Assembly: GCA_951406725.2 (NCBI GenBank)
Contig: OX597832.1
Location: forward strand, 10,478,001-10,542,000
Direction of reading: 5' to 3'
Source: Octopus vulgaris
Taxonomy: Eukaryota
Length of the DNA: 64,000 bases
Part shown: positions 1-11,429 of the stretch, one piece after another
Position numbering within the stretch: position 1 is the stretch's first letter
How the letters are laid out: every line of letters begins with the position of its first letter
Notes under the pieces: generated by a model
What the model saw: the letters and a program-made list of their open reading frames with translations, nothing else
Database searches by the model: none
What the model was told of the DNA's origin: nothing
Position numbers and translations under genes: made by a program

Positions 1-82
1 ACAACGCCCGGTCTGGGAATCGAAACCGCGATCCTCCGACCGCAAGTCCGCTGCTCTAACCACTAGACCATTGCGCCTCCAC
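1..82 (-). mobile_element. tRNA-derived SINE 5' head (group C), cut by window edge
   Basis: Reverse complement GTGGAGGCGCAATGGTCTAGTGGTTAGAGCAGCGGAC...GGTTTCGATTCCCAGACCGGGCGTTGT has Pol III A-box (TGGTCTAGTGG) and B-box-like (GGTTTCGATTCC) motifs. It is homologous to the head at about 63770-63848. Confidence 0.75.
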
Positions 83-872
83 ATGTTGCTGCCTTTACAT
101 TTTTTTTCTTCTTGCTTGATTTCATTATGTCGTGTTTACCTCTTCCTGTTTCTGAGTTCCAACGAAAACAAAATGCATCGAGTAGCATTTTTTCATGGTA
201 ATTGTATGTTGTTTTTGTTTGTCTTACCATTTTTGTCCTCTTACTTTTTCTAAACCTCCTTCATGTACAATATCATACATCACATTCCGGGTCAAACTAT
301 TTATTTGTGCTACTATTTGAATGTGTGTGTGTATGGTTTTTTTTTTTTTGGTTTTCTTTTTTTAAATATATATATATACGTATGGAAATCTTGATTTCCT
401 TTTTACCTGCTCTATAAGTAATAACGACATTTACTGGATAAGAAATTCTCAACCTAATATGATTTATGTACATATATTTGCTAGCACGATAAAAAGAAGT
501 GTATATAAAATATCATTAGTGTTATAAGAGCAAAATATACTAATCATATAAAGAAAATACTTGGGAATATAAACCGTAGAACATTTATTTTTAGATGAGG
601 TGATTCCTATGAAAGCCCATAAGAAAACACTTCAAGATAATGTTAAGAAAATATTTCGGAAAACATCGACGTAATAAAAATCTCCCGAGAATGCTCGAAA
701 GACTAAAACGCATCTCTAATGGAATGTTATGTGTGAGAGGGGCCATTTTGTATACTTAATGTAGGTATTTGCAGCCTCAAACGTGAGTCCATTTTCCATA
801 CACGCAGTATTAAATAAATCAGCTCTATTTCAGGAGCAGACTTGCGTAAGTAGAGGTTTAGCAGAATAGACG

Positions 873-905
<33 letters not shown>

Positions 906-1266
906 ATATGAGTACATAAATAGACAACATAGTGGAAAATGTTACCACTCGAATACCTATGAGAGAATAAAATCCTTTTATGAAAGTTGGAATGTTATCA
1001 CAAATCTGTTACTCAGAGTAAAACATTCCTGTTCATGGCAGGAATGCACTATTCAACGAATGTGCATTTGAATTTGTTTGGTAGGCTGATTTTCATACTA
1101 TAACGGTGCCATTTTCGTTTCGAATTTGGTGGTTCGACGAAGTCAAAATAGACAGTAAAATATAAATGTAAATGCTATAAGATAGCAAACCCACCTCGTG
1201 TCGAATGAGAGTAATGACCCGAAAATAAGTTATTAATAATGAAATTGAAATATATATATATACATA

Positions 1267-1398
1267 GGCGCTGGTGTGGATTTGTGGTAAGTAGCTTGCG
1301 TGGCATCTTGAGTAAGTGTCTTCTTCTATAGCTTCGGGCCGATCAAAGATTATGAGAGTATTTTGGTAGACTGAAACTGAAAGAAGCCCCTTGTATGT

Positions 1399-1449
<51 letters not shown>

Positions 1450-1672
1450 TTGTGTGTCTGTGTGTATGTTTTGGTGTGTGTTTCTGTCCCTCTCACCATC
1501 GTTTGACAACCTATGCTAGTGCGTTTACGTCCCCGCATCTTAGCGGTTGGGCAAAATAGACCGATATAATAAGTAGAAGGCTTGCAAAGAATAAGTCCTG
1601 CGATCAATTTTCTCGACTAAACGTGGTTAATGCATCATGGCTACAGTCAAAATGACTGAAACAAGTAAAAGA
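1267..1672 (+). mobile_element. SINE group A (tRNA-like head, internal (TA)n/(TG)n tract)
   Basis: Aligns by eye with copies at 3963, 35336, 42505, 43551 and 62404 (GCAAGTGTCTTCTACTATAGCCTCGGGCCGACC...GAAACTGAAAGAAGCCC-(TA)n-...GACTGAAACAAGTAAAAGA). Confidence 0.85.
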
Positions 1673-2254
1673 AATATATATGATGTATATATTCATATGT
1701 GTGTGTGTGTGTGTATAAACGTATCTATAAATACATTAGTATCATATGTAGTATATCTATGCATAATACATATGTACTTATGCATAAACCGACTTGTTCA
1801 AAATATGCACCCTCGCACCATAGTTTATTTCTCGTTATTGTTTTCAGATCCGGCTTAAAACCCAGATTGAAAAAGTATAAGGATTTAGCGATTGGCCTGT
1901 TGTAATAATGAATACAACAGTGCTTGTGCTCCCAAATTGAAAAGTAAAATATAGAAATATAGAAATATAAAAATATAATGACATATAAATAATATATTAA
2001 TAATTCAAAAAATCGATTTCAAGAACATTAGATTAAATACGTCGAGAAATATGCAATACAGTTTCAGAATTCACAAACAAATAATGAGAAGTATCTTGAA
2101 TATTAACAAATCTATATAGAAGTACATCTGATAAATGATAATGAGGTCAAACGCATAATAACAAAAATGTGTTCGAATAATTAATGATATAAAGAGGAAA
2201 ATGAGGAAGATATTAACAAAAACAGAAAAGGAAGTAACCACTATCACTACAACA

Positions 2255-2256
<2 letters not shown>

Positions 2257-2343
<87 letters not shown>
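2257..2343. repeat. (AAT)n microsatellite
   Basis: Pure AAT tandem array. It explains the poly-Tyr ORF. Confidence 0.97.
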
Positions 2344-2345
<2 letters not shown>

Positions 2346-2489
2346 GAACAAAATACGGGCTGCAATAACGGAACCGCCAAATGCACTGGAGGTTGCTTTA
2401 AAAATAAGAGGTGTTACTGGTAGTGGACAGCTGCCACCGTAGTACATCTCCAGCGTTAGAAGCTGTGCAAAGGCAATAATAATAATAAC

Positions 2490-2942
2490 ACACACATAGA
2501 GAAATTAAAGCCAACAGACCAGATATAGTTGTCAGAGATCATGAAGAAAAATGCTTCTAATTGATGTATCAATACCAGCAGATGACAACGTGTCTCTAAA
2601 AGAAATGGAGAAAATCTCAAAATACAAAGACCTGGAAATAGAGGTAACCAGAATGTAGAATCTAAAAACAGAAACAATTCCTATCATAGTAGGTGCATTA
2701 GGCATGATAAAAAATATTCAGACAAATACATAACAAAAACACCAGGACTTACAAACACATATAACATACAGAAAATTGCACTACTAGGCACTGCACACAT
2801 CCTACGCAGAACACTTTCCATACAATAACCATCAGAGCATCACAACAAACATCAGAGCATCACAACAAATCACAGCACACACCCAAGGCACATAGAGCTG
2901 CGCTCGGTAGGGAAGTGAATGCACGTTATAAAAATAAAACTA

Positions 2943-2946
<4 letters not shown>
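2490..2946 (+). mobile_element. 5'-truncated R4/Dong-like non-LTR retrotransposon (restriction-like endonuclease C-terminus and 3' UTR)
   Basis: Translates with frameshifts as REIKANRPDIVVRD...LIDVSIPADDNVSLKEMEKISKYKDLEIEVTRM*NLKTETIPIIVGALG...IQKIALLGTAHILRRTLS, a PD..D REL endonuclease signature. AAT repeats lie on both sides. Confidence 0.88.
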
Positions 2947-3005
<59 letters not shown>

Positions 3006-3033
3006 GACAACGATGACGATGATGATGATGATG
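2947..3033. repeat. (AAT)n grading into (GAT)n microsatellite
   Basis: Tandem triplets immediately 3' of the R4/Dong-like element. Confidence 0.95.
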
Positions 3034-3039
3034 GTAATT

Positions 3040-3140
3040 GACCACCTAGGGTGATGCATACACTGGAATGCTTGTAAATAGTAGAAAATTAAATGCCATC
3101 ATAAGTGGTACTGTCACCATCCAGAGGATGTAGTAAATGG
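3040..3140 (+). mobile_element. Short decayed R4/Dong-like fragment
   Basis: IHWNACK*.KIKCHHKWYCHHPEDVV resembles the HW..C......KWY.H.P region upstream of the REL domain. Confidence 0.5.
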
Positions 3141-3962
3141 TAAGACCTTAGTAGTGTCACTAAGCGTTATGTACGTTTATAGTGACAACTCTGCATGCTT
3201 GCTACCTTAAAAACGATAATGGTGTTTCAAATTTTTGCACGAATCAAGAATTAATGGGGAAAGTATGATCGATACCAGCAACCCATTTGGCAAAATGTGG
3301 TCGTGTGAGAGCACCAATAACTAGCTATTTCTCCGGCATTTGTGGAACTACATAAAACGTAATGACTGCGGCGTATTTAGGAGAGAGCTGCCTCGATTTC
3401 AGCATTTGTGGCAGCAACAATTATTTAAGAGCTTTCTACTCAGAAAGCTTAAAACAACAATATAAAAATTATAATAATTACAGCACAAAAAAAAAAAAAA
3501 ATTCATTGAGATTGCCATATTTCAGGCAATACCACAGAGAATAATTGAATCATTAAATAAATCTGCAGAGACGAGGATCGAACCGGGAGAAGCAACAAAT
3601 TCTCCCATCAACCACAGTTGAATGCAATTAGTATCATTCATAGCAACGATAAAAGCATTAAGACATAAATGCTCAGGGAGTTCGCAATATGAGCAATAGA
3701 GCAGTGACATTCTGACCATTTGTTATAAGACTAAGGCTTGCACATGTTAAGATGAGGCTTTCCCGGACATTATCTTTCTTATGTTTCAAGGTAAGTCTCT
3801 TAGTTCTTCTTTAGCTAATTTCCGGAAAGCAACAGAATATCGTATTAGAGTGACTGCCCGTGTTTTGACTGCAGACATGCTTTTATATCCATCAAATTTC
3901 GAGCCTGGCACCTGTTTTTACTCTCCTGAGAGATTTGTTTCTTGCCATTTATTTCATTTCTT

Positions 3963-4395
3963 TGCAGGAGTGGCTGAGTGGTAAGTAGCTTGCTTTCCAA
4001 CCACATGATTCAGGGTTCAGTCCCACTACGTGGCACCTTGGGCACGTGTCTTCTACTATAGCCTCGGTTCGACCAAAGCCTTGTGAGTGGATTTGGTAGA
4101 CGGAAACTGAAAAAAACCGTCGTGTATATATATATATATGTCTGTGTGTGTGAGTGTCTGTGTGCGTGAGTGTGTGTGTGTGTGTATGCTTGTGTGTCTG
4201 TATTTGTCCCCCCAACTTCGCTTGACAACCGATGGTGGTGTGCTTACGTCCCCGTAACATAGCGGTTTGGCAAAGAGATCGATAAAATAAATACTAGGCT
4301 TCCAAAGAATAAGTCCTGGGGTCGATTTGCTCGACAAAAGGCGGTACTTGAGCATGCCTGCAGTCAATTGACTGAAACAAGTAAAAGAGTAAAAG
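3963..4395 (+). mobile_element. SINE group A, near full length
   Basis: Head GCAGGAGTGGCTGAGTGGTAAG...GGGTTCAGTCCC (A/B boxes), internal TA/TG tract and a GTAAAAGA repeat tail. Confidence 0.9.
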
Positions 4396-4429
4396 TGACG
4401 AGTCTATATGCCTCCAATGCACATAAGTA

Positions 4430-4910
4430 CATAGAACGGTCACCCTCATTCATTGTCCCATTTCGGAGTTTAATTCATTGAGACTCGGGTATTTTCCCCA
4501 CTTTATCACTAGCATTTCACATTTATCTATTCCTAAACCCATGCGAATGCCATCCCTCATAACTCTAACATTCTTAACCAGTGAAGCTAAAGCTTTCTTA
4601 CTTTTGGCAAATATTTTCAGGTCGTCTATAAATGTATTTTTCTCACAACTGCTAAATCCGTAGCATGTTTTAACCACCATCACCCTCTCTCACCCTCTCT
4701 CTCTCTCTCACACACACACTCTCTCTCTTTCTCTCTCTCTCTCTCTATCTCCCTTATTAGAGGTATAAGGGCAAACACGAATAGCAGTGGTGAAAGTATA
4801 TAACCTTGGAAGATTCCCCTACTTAGTATGACTTCACTCGACTTATCTTGATCTGATGATAATACAGTTTTCCATTTCGGCATACTGATTTCTAAGAGCC
4901 TGGAAAATTA
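4430..4910 (-). mobile_element. R4/Dong-like reverse transcriptase fragment interrupted by a CT/CA microsatellite
   Basis: ORFs 4680-4883 (RGIFQGYILSPLLFVFALIPL) and 4450-4683 (FIDDLKIFAK...MGLGIDKC) carry the RT QG..LSP and YxDD-like motifs. Confidence 0.85.
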
Positions 4911-4911
4911 A

Positions 4912-4940
4912 TATCATCGCCATCATCATCATCGTCGTCG

Positions 4941-4972
<32 letters not shown>

Positions 4973-5001
4973 GCCATCATCATCGCCGCCATCATCATCA
5001 A

Positions 5002-5037
<36 letters not shown>

Positions 5038-5038
5038 T

Positions 5039-5069
<31 letters not shown>

Positions 5070-5129
5070 TCGTCATCATCATCATTATCATCATCGTCAT
5101 CATCATCATCATCGTCGTCGTCGTCGTCG

Positions 5130-5163
<34 letters not shown>

Positions 5164-5275
5164 CATCATCATCATCATCATCGCCATCATCATCATTACC
5201 ACCACCACCATCATCATCATCATCATCGTAGTCGTCGTCGTCGTCGTCATCATCATCATCGTCGTCGTCATTTTC
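4912..5275. repeat. Compound (CAT)n/(CGT)n/(CAC)n microsatellite
   Basis: About 120 triplets. It explains the poly-Met/Thr ORF 4843-5277. Confidence 0.95.
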
Positions 5276-6689
5276 ATTTGCTACTGATGTGAACGGCGTT
5301 TCTGGACATCACTGTGATTAAATGACTTATCAACATATTGCCTCGGAATTAAAATGGTTGTTTACTACTTTTACTAACGGAAGTTTTTTCAGATAATTTC
5401 TGTTTCTTTCACATCATATGCTGCAGAGGAAAGTTTTGTCTGTAGATGCTTAACTGCATATTTTTGTGCAAATAGACATTTAAATTGCTTTTCGTCTTGA
5501 AAAATAACCTCTGTATCTCTAGGAAGATTTTCGCAGCAGTCTATCACTATTAAATAGCCTTGATAACGTTAATAAACACATCTTGCAATTAATTTCAAAT
5601 ATAATTATAAAATCAGACTAGAAAAATATCGAACAGACTCAGAAAGCCTTAAGCAAAAATTCACAGTTTTCGCTCTCTCCTATTTTACAACGGAAGGCAG
5701 GAGAACAGGTTGAATTACATTCATTTGAATAAGAAAATACAGAGACCAATCAGAAGTAACTTAATCCCAATTTTGTAATTGTTGTATTATATTAGAAGTA
5801 ACTCTGCTTAAAACAACTCAAAATGTGTAAGTAGACTTATTTGTAATGTAAAGGTTGAGTATTAAGGCAATATAACTCACGTTGAAAAAAATTGAAATGT
5901 GAATTTACATATTTACGTTTACGATAATGTAGTGGTAACTAGAAAAATGTCAGAAACCATTCCGTGGTTATGTTTTCTAGAAGAAAAATATCTTTTATTC
6001 CGAACACTTGCCCACAAGCATTCAACGCACTCTATGCGTCCCGTGAATTCTAGCATATATTCTGATATTTGCATGAATATGATACTTAGACTTTGATCAC
6101 CATTGTGTAAAGCTGGAAATATATGGAGGCTGGAGAGTAGGCATGTTTCACATATCTATTGTTTCTGGTATCGATGAATGCAGACTGTAGACGAAAGAAA
6201 TAATTTCCAAAACAGGGTGCGGGGGAAATTTTCAGTCGGATTTGTGGGCAATCTAAAAGATTTTAGCTATTTACCTGTGTAATTAAATGCGATGTATCTT
6301 GTTTCACTCGGACAGAAAACAAACGTAAGCTTCTCTTTCATTAGACCAGTTACAATCGCTAAAGACAATGGACACTCCTCTCATCAGAGAAGCGATTACA
6401 ACTTGGAACGTGTAGTAGTAACACATTCACAACTTTCTCGGGCATTAACCGGAAGTAAACGATATGTAAGTTTAGAAATCTGATGCACTTTAACTAAGAG
6501 CATTAAAGATCAAAAATATAAATGAGAAAATTATCATTATTTAGGATTCTTCTCTTGACTGCTAGAACGTCTTCTTCTATGTTCTGAATCGGCGGATGCT
6601 ACATGTAAACGTCGTAATATGTATGCAAATAGTTTGTCACAGAACATGATATATTACTCACGAACGTAATACTTCATATTTATATCATT

Positions 6690-7290
6690 AGGGCGGCGAG
6701 CTAGCGGAATCGTTAGTACGCCGGGCGAAATGCTTAGCGGTATTTCGTCTGTCGTTACGTTCTGAGTTCAAATTCCAATGAGGTCGACTTTGACTTTCAT
6801 CCTTTTAGGGTCGATAAATTAAGTATCAGTTGCGTACTGGGGTCGATATAATCGACTTAATCCGTTTGTTTGTACTTCTTTGACCTTTCAGTGTTTAGCC
6901 CCTTGTATGTAGTAAAGAAATAGGTATTCCGTCTGCTGCTACGTTCTGAGTTCAAATTCTGCCGAGGTCGACTTTGCCTTTCATCCTTTCAGGGTCGATA
7001 AATTAAGTACCAGTTATGCACTGGGGTCGATATAATCGACTTAATTCTTTTGTCTGTCCATTTTTGTCCCCTCTATGTTTAGCCCCTTGTGGGTAATAAA
7101 GGATCAGGTATTTCGTCTTCCGTTACCTTCTGAGTGGAAAATCCCACCGAGGTCAACTTTGCCTTTCATCCTTTCGGGGTCGATACATTAAGTACCAGTT
7201 ACGCACTGGAGTCGATCTAATCGACTTAATCCCTTTGTCTGTCATTGTTTGCCCCTCTATTTTTAACCCATTGTGGGCAATAAAGAAATA
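6690..7290 (+). mobile_element. SINE group B trimer with 22-bp TSD
   Basis: One full unit (GGCGGCGAGCTAGCGGAATCGTTAG...GAGTTCAAATTCC) is followed by two head-less units starting at GGTATT(T/C)CGTCT. The direct repeat AATACTTCATATTTATATCATT lies at 6668-6689 and 7291-7312. Confidence 0.92.
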
Positions 7291-7704
7291 AATACTTCAT
7301 ATTTATATCATTTTTTAGTAGGTGAAGATAAGTAGATGGATTGATGAAACGGAGAGAAAGAGAACACTTTTACAGACACACACAAAGTGCAGTACAGATT
7401 GAGAGAACATTGTTTTCATGTTGCCCACATCACGTTTTAGAGCCTTTAGAGCGTCCACAAAACATTGAGTAGCAGTTAGGATGTAGGCATTTTGATATAC
7501 AGTGCGAGACATCATGATGTCGGTAATTCTTTTCCATTATTCAGACGGCTCCGAATTCCTCCATGTCAGCTAACTTTTTCTCAACTACCATATTAATCAT
7601 TATTCTCTCGAAAGCCTTTGATTGTTCACCAATGCATGAAGATCTTTACGTTTGCGCCATGAACAGGGATTAATCTTCTCTCATCGCTCCTTTACGCCAT
7701 TTGG

Positions 7705-8190
7705 GCTCAACTCTCCTCCCCTCTTCATCTAACCCCCCCTCTTGCCTCTCTCCCCTCCCTCCTACATCCTCCTACGCAACTCTTCTCTCTTGCCCCGACT
7801 CCTACTTCTCTTCACCCCCACTCTCTTTCCCTCTTCTCTATTACTCTCTTTTTCTCTTCCCTCTTTCTCTCTTACTCACTTTCTCTCTTCTCTCTTGCTC
7901 ACTTTCTCTCTTTTCTGTTACTCTATCTCCTCACATACCCACCTTCCCCTTCGCCCTTCATCGTCAGCCCTCCCACATAACCCCACATCACCCCTACACA
8001 TTCCTACTCCACATTCCCATCCTCTCATCCTATCCCCTACACCCTCTCCGATATACCTCAAAGCTACCCCCACCCACTGCCTACCCACAAGCCCCAACTT
8101 TACCCCCACCCTCCCCTACCTACATACCCCAAAACTCTACCCCAACCCTCAGCCGAACCCATACCCCACCCGTACTTTCCCCACTCTTTT
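7705..8190. repeat. C/T-rich low-complexity tract (G-rich on minus strand)
   Basis: About 480 bp nearly devoid of G on the plus strand, with many C3-C6 runs. Confidence 0.85.
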
Positions 8191-8194
8191 TTTT

Positions 8195-9210
8195 AGGTTT
8201 ATTATTTATTATTAGTGTTGCTTAATATGTCTTGCTAAAATTACTGTTTCTTTTCAGATATCACCAGAAAAAGGTAATTAAAATTCATTAAAATGACAGA
8301 TCTATCGGACTTTCAAAGAGTATGGCAGGCGATAGTGAGACGAAAACAGCGGAAATCTTTGGTGTATAAAGAAGTACTGTTTTTAGAAAAAGGGAAAAAC
8401 TTCCTCGTCGAAACAAAACTTCGGAAGAAAGCCAAAGCTTTCAAATTGCGACCGTTGGACTCATACGCGAATTGTTACAAAGGATCACAAAAGTACAGCT
8501 CCTAAAATTACTGCAGTGCTTAATGACCACCTCGAGCACCCAGTTTCCATAAATTCTGTTCGCCGGAAGCTGCACAAACCCGGATTTTACGGGAGGGCTA
8601 CAATTAGAAAACCACAACTTTCAAAAGCAAACGTTGCAAAGTGTTTTGAGTGGAGTAAAACCCTACAGAACCAGTCCCTAGAGAAGTGGGATAATTTTAT
8701 ATTCTCGGACGAGCAACCCTTTACCTTATTTCCGAACACTGGACGAGTAAACGCTTGGAGCTAGCCAGAGGATGCATTTGACCCAGTCTGCTTTCTTCCA
8801 ATTGTTAAACATGTAGGAGGAGCTGTGATGAGCAAGACTATTTAAGCATTTTATCTCAGCAAATTCATCCTGTTACTGCGGAACTGTATTCGGAGCCAAA
8901 CAAACTCTTTCAGGATGATAAAGCACCAAATCACAGAGCTGTATTTGGTACGGAATGGCACGAGCAACATTCTAGTGAAGTTGAACATCTTACCTGGCTA
9001 CCACAGTGCCCAGATACCAATATCATTGAACGTTTATGGTGCGTTTTAGAAAAAAGAAGTAAGAGGTCGATATCCTCCATTATCATCACTACAAGAACTG
9101 AAGAGAGTTTTAGCAGAGGAATGGACAAAGATTCCTTTGGAAGCAATTCAAAATTTGTACTACGAATGTATCATAGAATTCAAGCTGCAATTACTGCTAA
9201 AGTGTGTCCT

Positions 9211-9213
<3 letters not shown>
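8195..9213 (+). mobile_element. Decayed Tc1-like transposon, both TIRs lost
   Basis: MTDLSDFQR...; SINSVRRKLHKPGFYGRATIRKP...FIFSDEQPF; FQDDKAPNHRA...WLPQCPDTNIIERLW. Colinear with the 60696-61792 copy. Confidence 0.9.
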
Positions 9214-9278
<65 letters not shown>

Positions 9279-9375
9279 CATACATACATATATATAATAA
9301 AAATATATATATATATATATATGCACATCTATACGGTCTTGTTTTTTTATCTCATTACACAAATAATTCATATAT

Positions 9376-9443
<68 letters not shown>

Positions 9444-9449
9444 TATATA

Positions 9450-9717
9450 TTGCAGCGTGGAAGGTGTTTATAAGCCATTTAAGAAACACACAAAAGCCGT
9501 TCGATTCACTCCAACATTTAAGTTTAATTTGTCAAAATATTTTCGTCGCTAAAATCCGCGACCTGTTCACTGACAAAGTCCGTGCTGCACGGACGTTTCA
9601 GCACACGATCGATTTTGACAAATCTTAAATGTTACTTGCTTAAATGGCGAGTAAACATGCAATTGTTTTCGTTTCAGCACACGATCTCAGATCAAATTAT
9701 ATGCGAGTACATCTCAG

Positions 9718-9720
<3 letters not shown>
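9450..9720. mobile_element. Penelope-terminal-repeat-like unit with internal inversion, embedded between (TA)n tracts
   Basis: 9451-9577 is the reverse complement of 44386-44516, while 9660-9720 matches 44515-44578 in direct orientation. The unit contains a hammerhead fold. Confidence 0.65.
9528..9577 (-). ncRNA. Minimal type-I hammerhead ribozyme candidate, G3-C8 core variant
   Basis: Minus strand reads UUUGUCA-GUGAACA-G-GUCGC(GGAUUUUA)GCGAC-GAAA-AUAU-UU-UGACAAA. This gives a 7-bp stem I, a 5-bp stem II, an intact GAAA and a palindromic stem-III loop. Confidence 0.65.
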
Positions 9721-9783
<63 letters not shown>

Positions 9784-9956
9784 TATAGGCGTTTGCTTTT
9801 GTGCATGCATGGTACAGCATATGTTTCGTTAGTCACTGAATTTAACTATTTTGATATCATGTGTGTGTGTATGTATGCATGTATATATATGTATATACAT
9901 ATGTGTGTATATGTGTATGTATGTGCATATAATTAGATACTAGTATTTGTTTCTTA

Positions 9957-10015
<59 letters not shown>

Positions 10016-11429
10016 TATTATACGCGCGCACACACGCATAGACACACAGACATACAAAAATACACAGACCTACGTGCATATGTGGTTGTGTGCCTGCACC
10101 CGAAATTACGCGTCTGTGCCTACAGCGTGTCTGTATTTTCATACGGCTGGTGTTGGCATGTGTTGGCATGTCTGTTGCCTTTTGTTTAAATATTATGACC
10201 TACGCAGTTTTCACTGTATTTTTTTTGTGAGTTGATCCACTGATGTATTTTTGTGCTATGTTTATATAATCTAAAGATAAAAAAGCATATATATATATAT
10301 ATATATATATATGCATGCACGGGTGCATGTTTGTTTGTGCGTAGTATACTCATACAAAAATATGTAGGCACATATGTCTATAGATATACACATACGCATA
10401 TGCATACATTTGTGCCTATATATTTACATATATATATGTTTGTCTATGTCTGAGTATGTATGTGTGTATTTGTATGCTTGCGTGCTTGTGTGTTTGTGTG
10501 CGTGTTGTTTTCAGAACAGAAATAAGACACTGCTGGTCTCCTAATGGAACATATGTTTCTATAGCGTATCTTTTTAACTCTTGAGTAACATCAGTAAAAC
10601 AACTTATGTTCAGTATCTTTTCACTGTACTGTGTAGATAAAATGTTTTATTTGCGAACTAAAATCTTTGTTGCATCCGTTGAGGTCAAAATCCTCAGTAG
10701 AGATATGAAAAATACATTTATTAAAATATTCTTTTGAATTTTCCATATATATCGAGCAAAAAAAACAGCGAATAAATAAGATAATGAAAGACCATATCAA
10801 TTTGGCATACCTTTATAACTGTTTCTGTTCTTTTTCTTTTCTTTTGGAGAATGATTTTTTTTTATTCTCATCATCTTAATTTGTTTTCTGTGTTGTTAAC
10901 AACTAGGAAATGAATGTTTTCTGTAAAATATAATACACGGAATTATTGCTGTGCTATTTTCTTGCATTTCTGTATTGATATTGATGTGTGTGCGTTTGCC
11001 TGTGTGAATGTATATACTTGAGAGAAAGAGAGTGTGTAGCTATGTCTATGTGTATGTTTAGTTCTAAGTTTACAGTGTATTCTGCACAAAATACAGTAAT
11101 CTACTAAATGAGGGTATCCGCATTTCGATTTTGTAATGCTGGAATATATTTCGGTTCTTTTTTTTCTGCTATAAAATATAATAGTAAAGCATTCCCTATG
11201 TACTTAGTATTATTACAGGCAAGTATGACCTGTAAAGAAATTTGTGTCATTCTTATATGATTTCGAAGTCGCAAGGGTCAAACTTGTATTCCATCTTCAA
11301 TAGCGGATGAAATGAAGTACCACACAAAAATTGATATCGAAAGAATCCATTAAGGAACACCAACTATTATTATTGTTGTTGTTGTTGATGTTATTATTAT
11401 TATTATCATTATTATCATTATTATTATTA

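Noticed and set aside
1-82. tRNA gene
   Set aside because: A/B boxes are present, but I see no convincing acceptor stem or cloverleaf, and it matches a dispersed SINE head.
3560-3890. Possible decayed LINE ORF1 knuckle on the minus strand (TVVDGRICCFS)
   Set aside because: The motif is incomplete and there is no supporting open frame.
4843-5277. Poly-Met/Thr ORF and the many [12 protein letters not shown], poly-Leu, poly-Ile and poly-Tyr ORFs
   Set aside because: These are translations of microsatellites that lack stop codons in some frames.
7701-8225. Pro/Ser/Leu-rich ORFs
   Set aside because: They arise from a C/T-rich low-complexity tract, have non-ATG starts and show no domain.
8240-8295. 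Splice acceptor TTTCTTTTCAG upstream of an ATG as a host exon
   Set aside because: The same sequence occurs in the second Tc1 copy (about 60838-60850), so it is part of the transposon.
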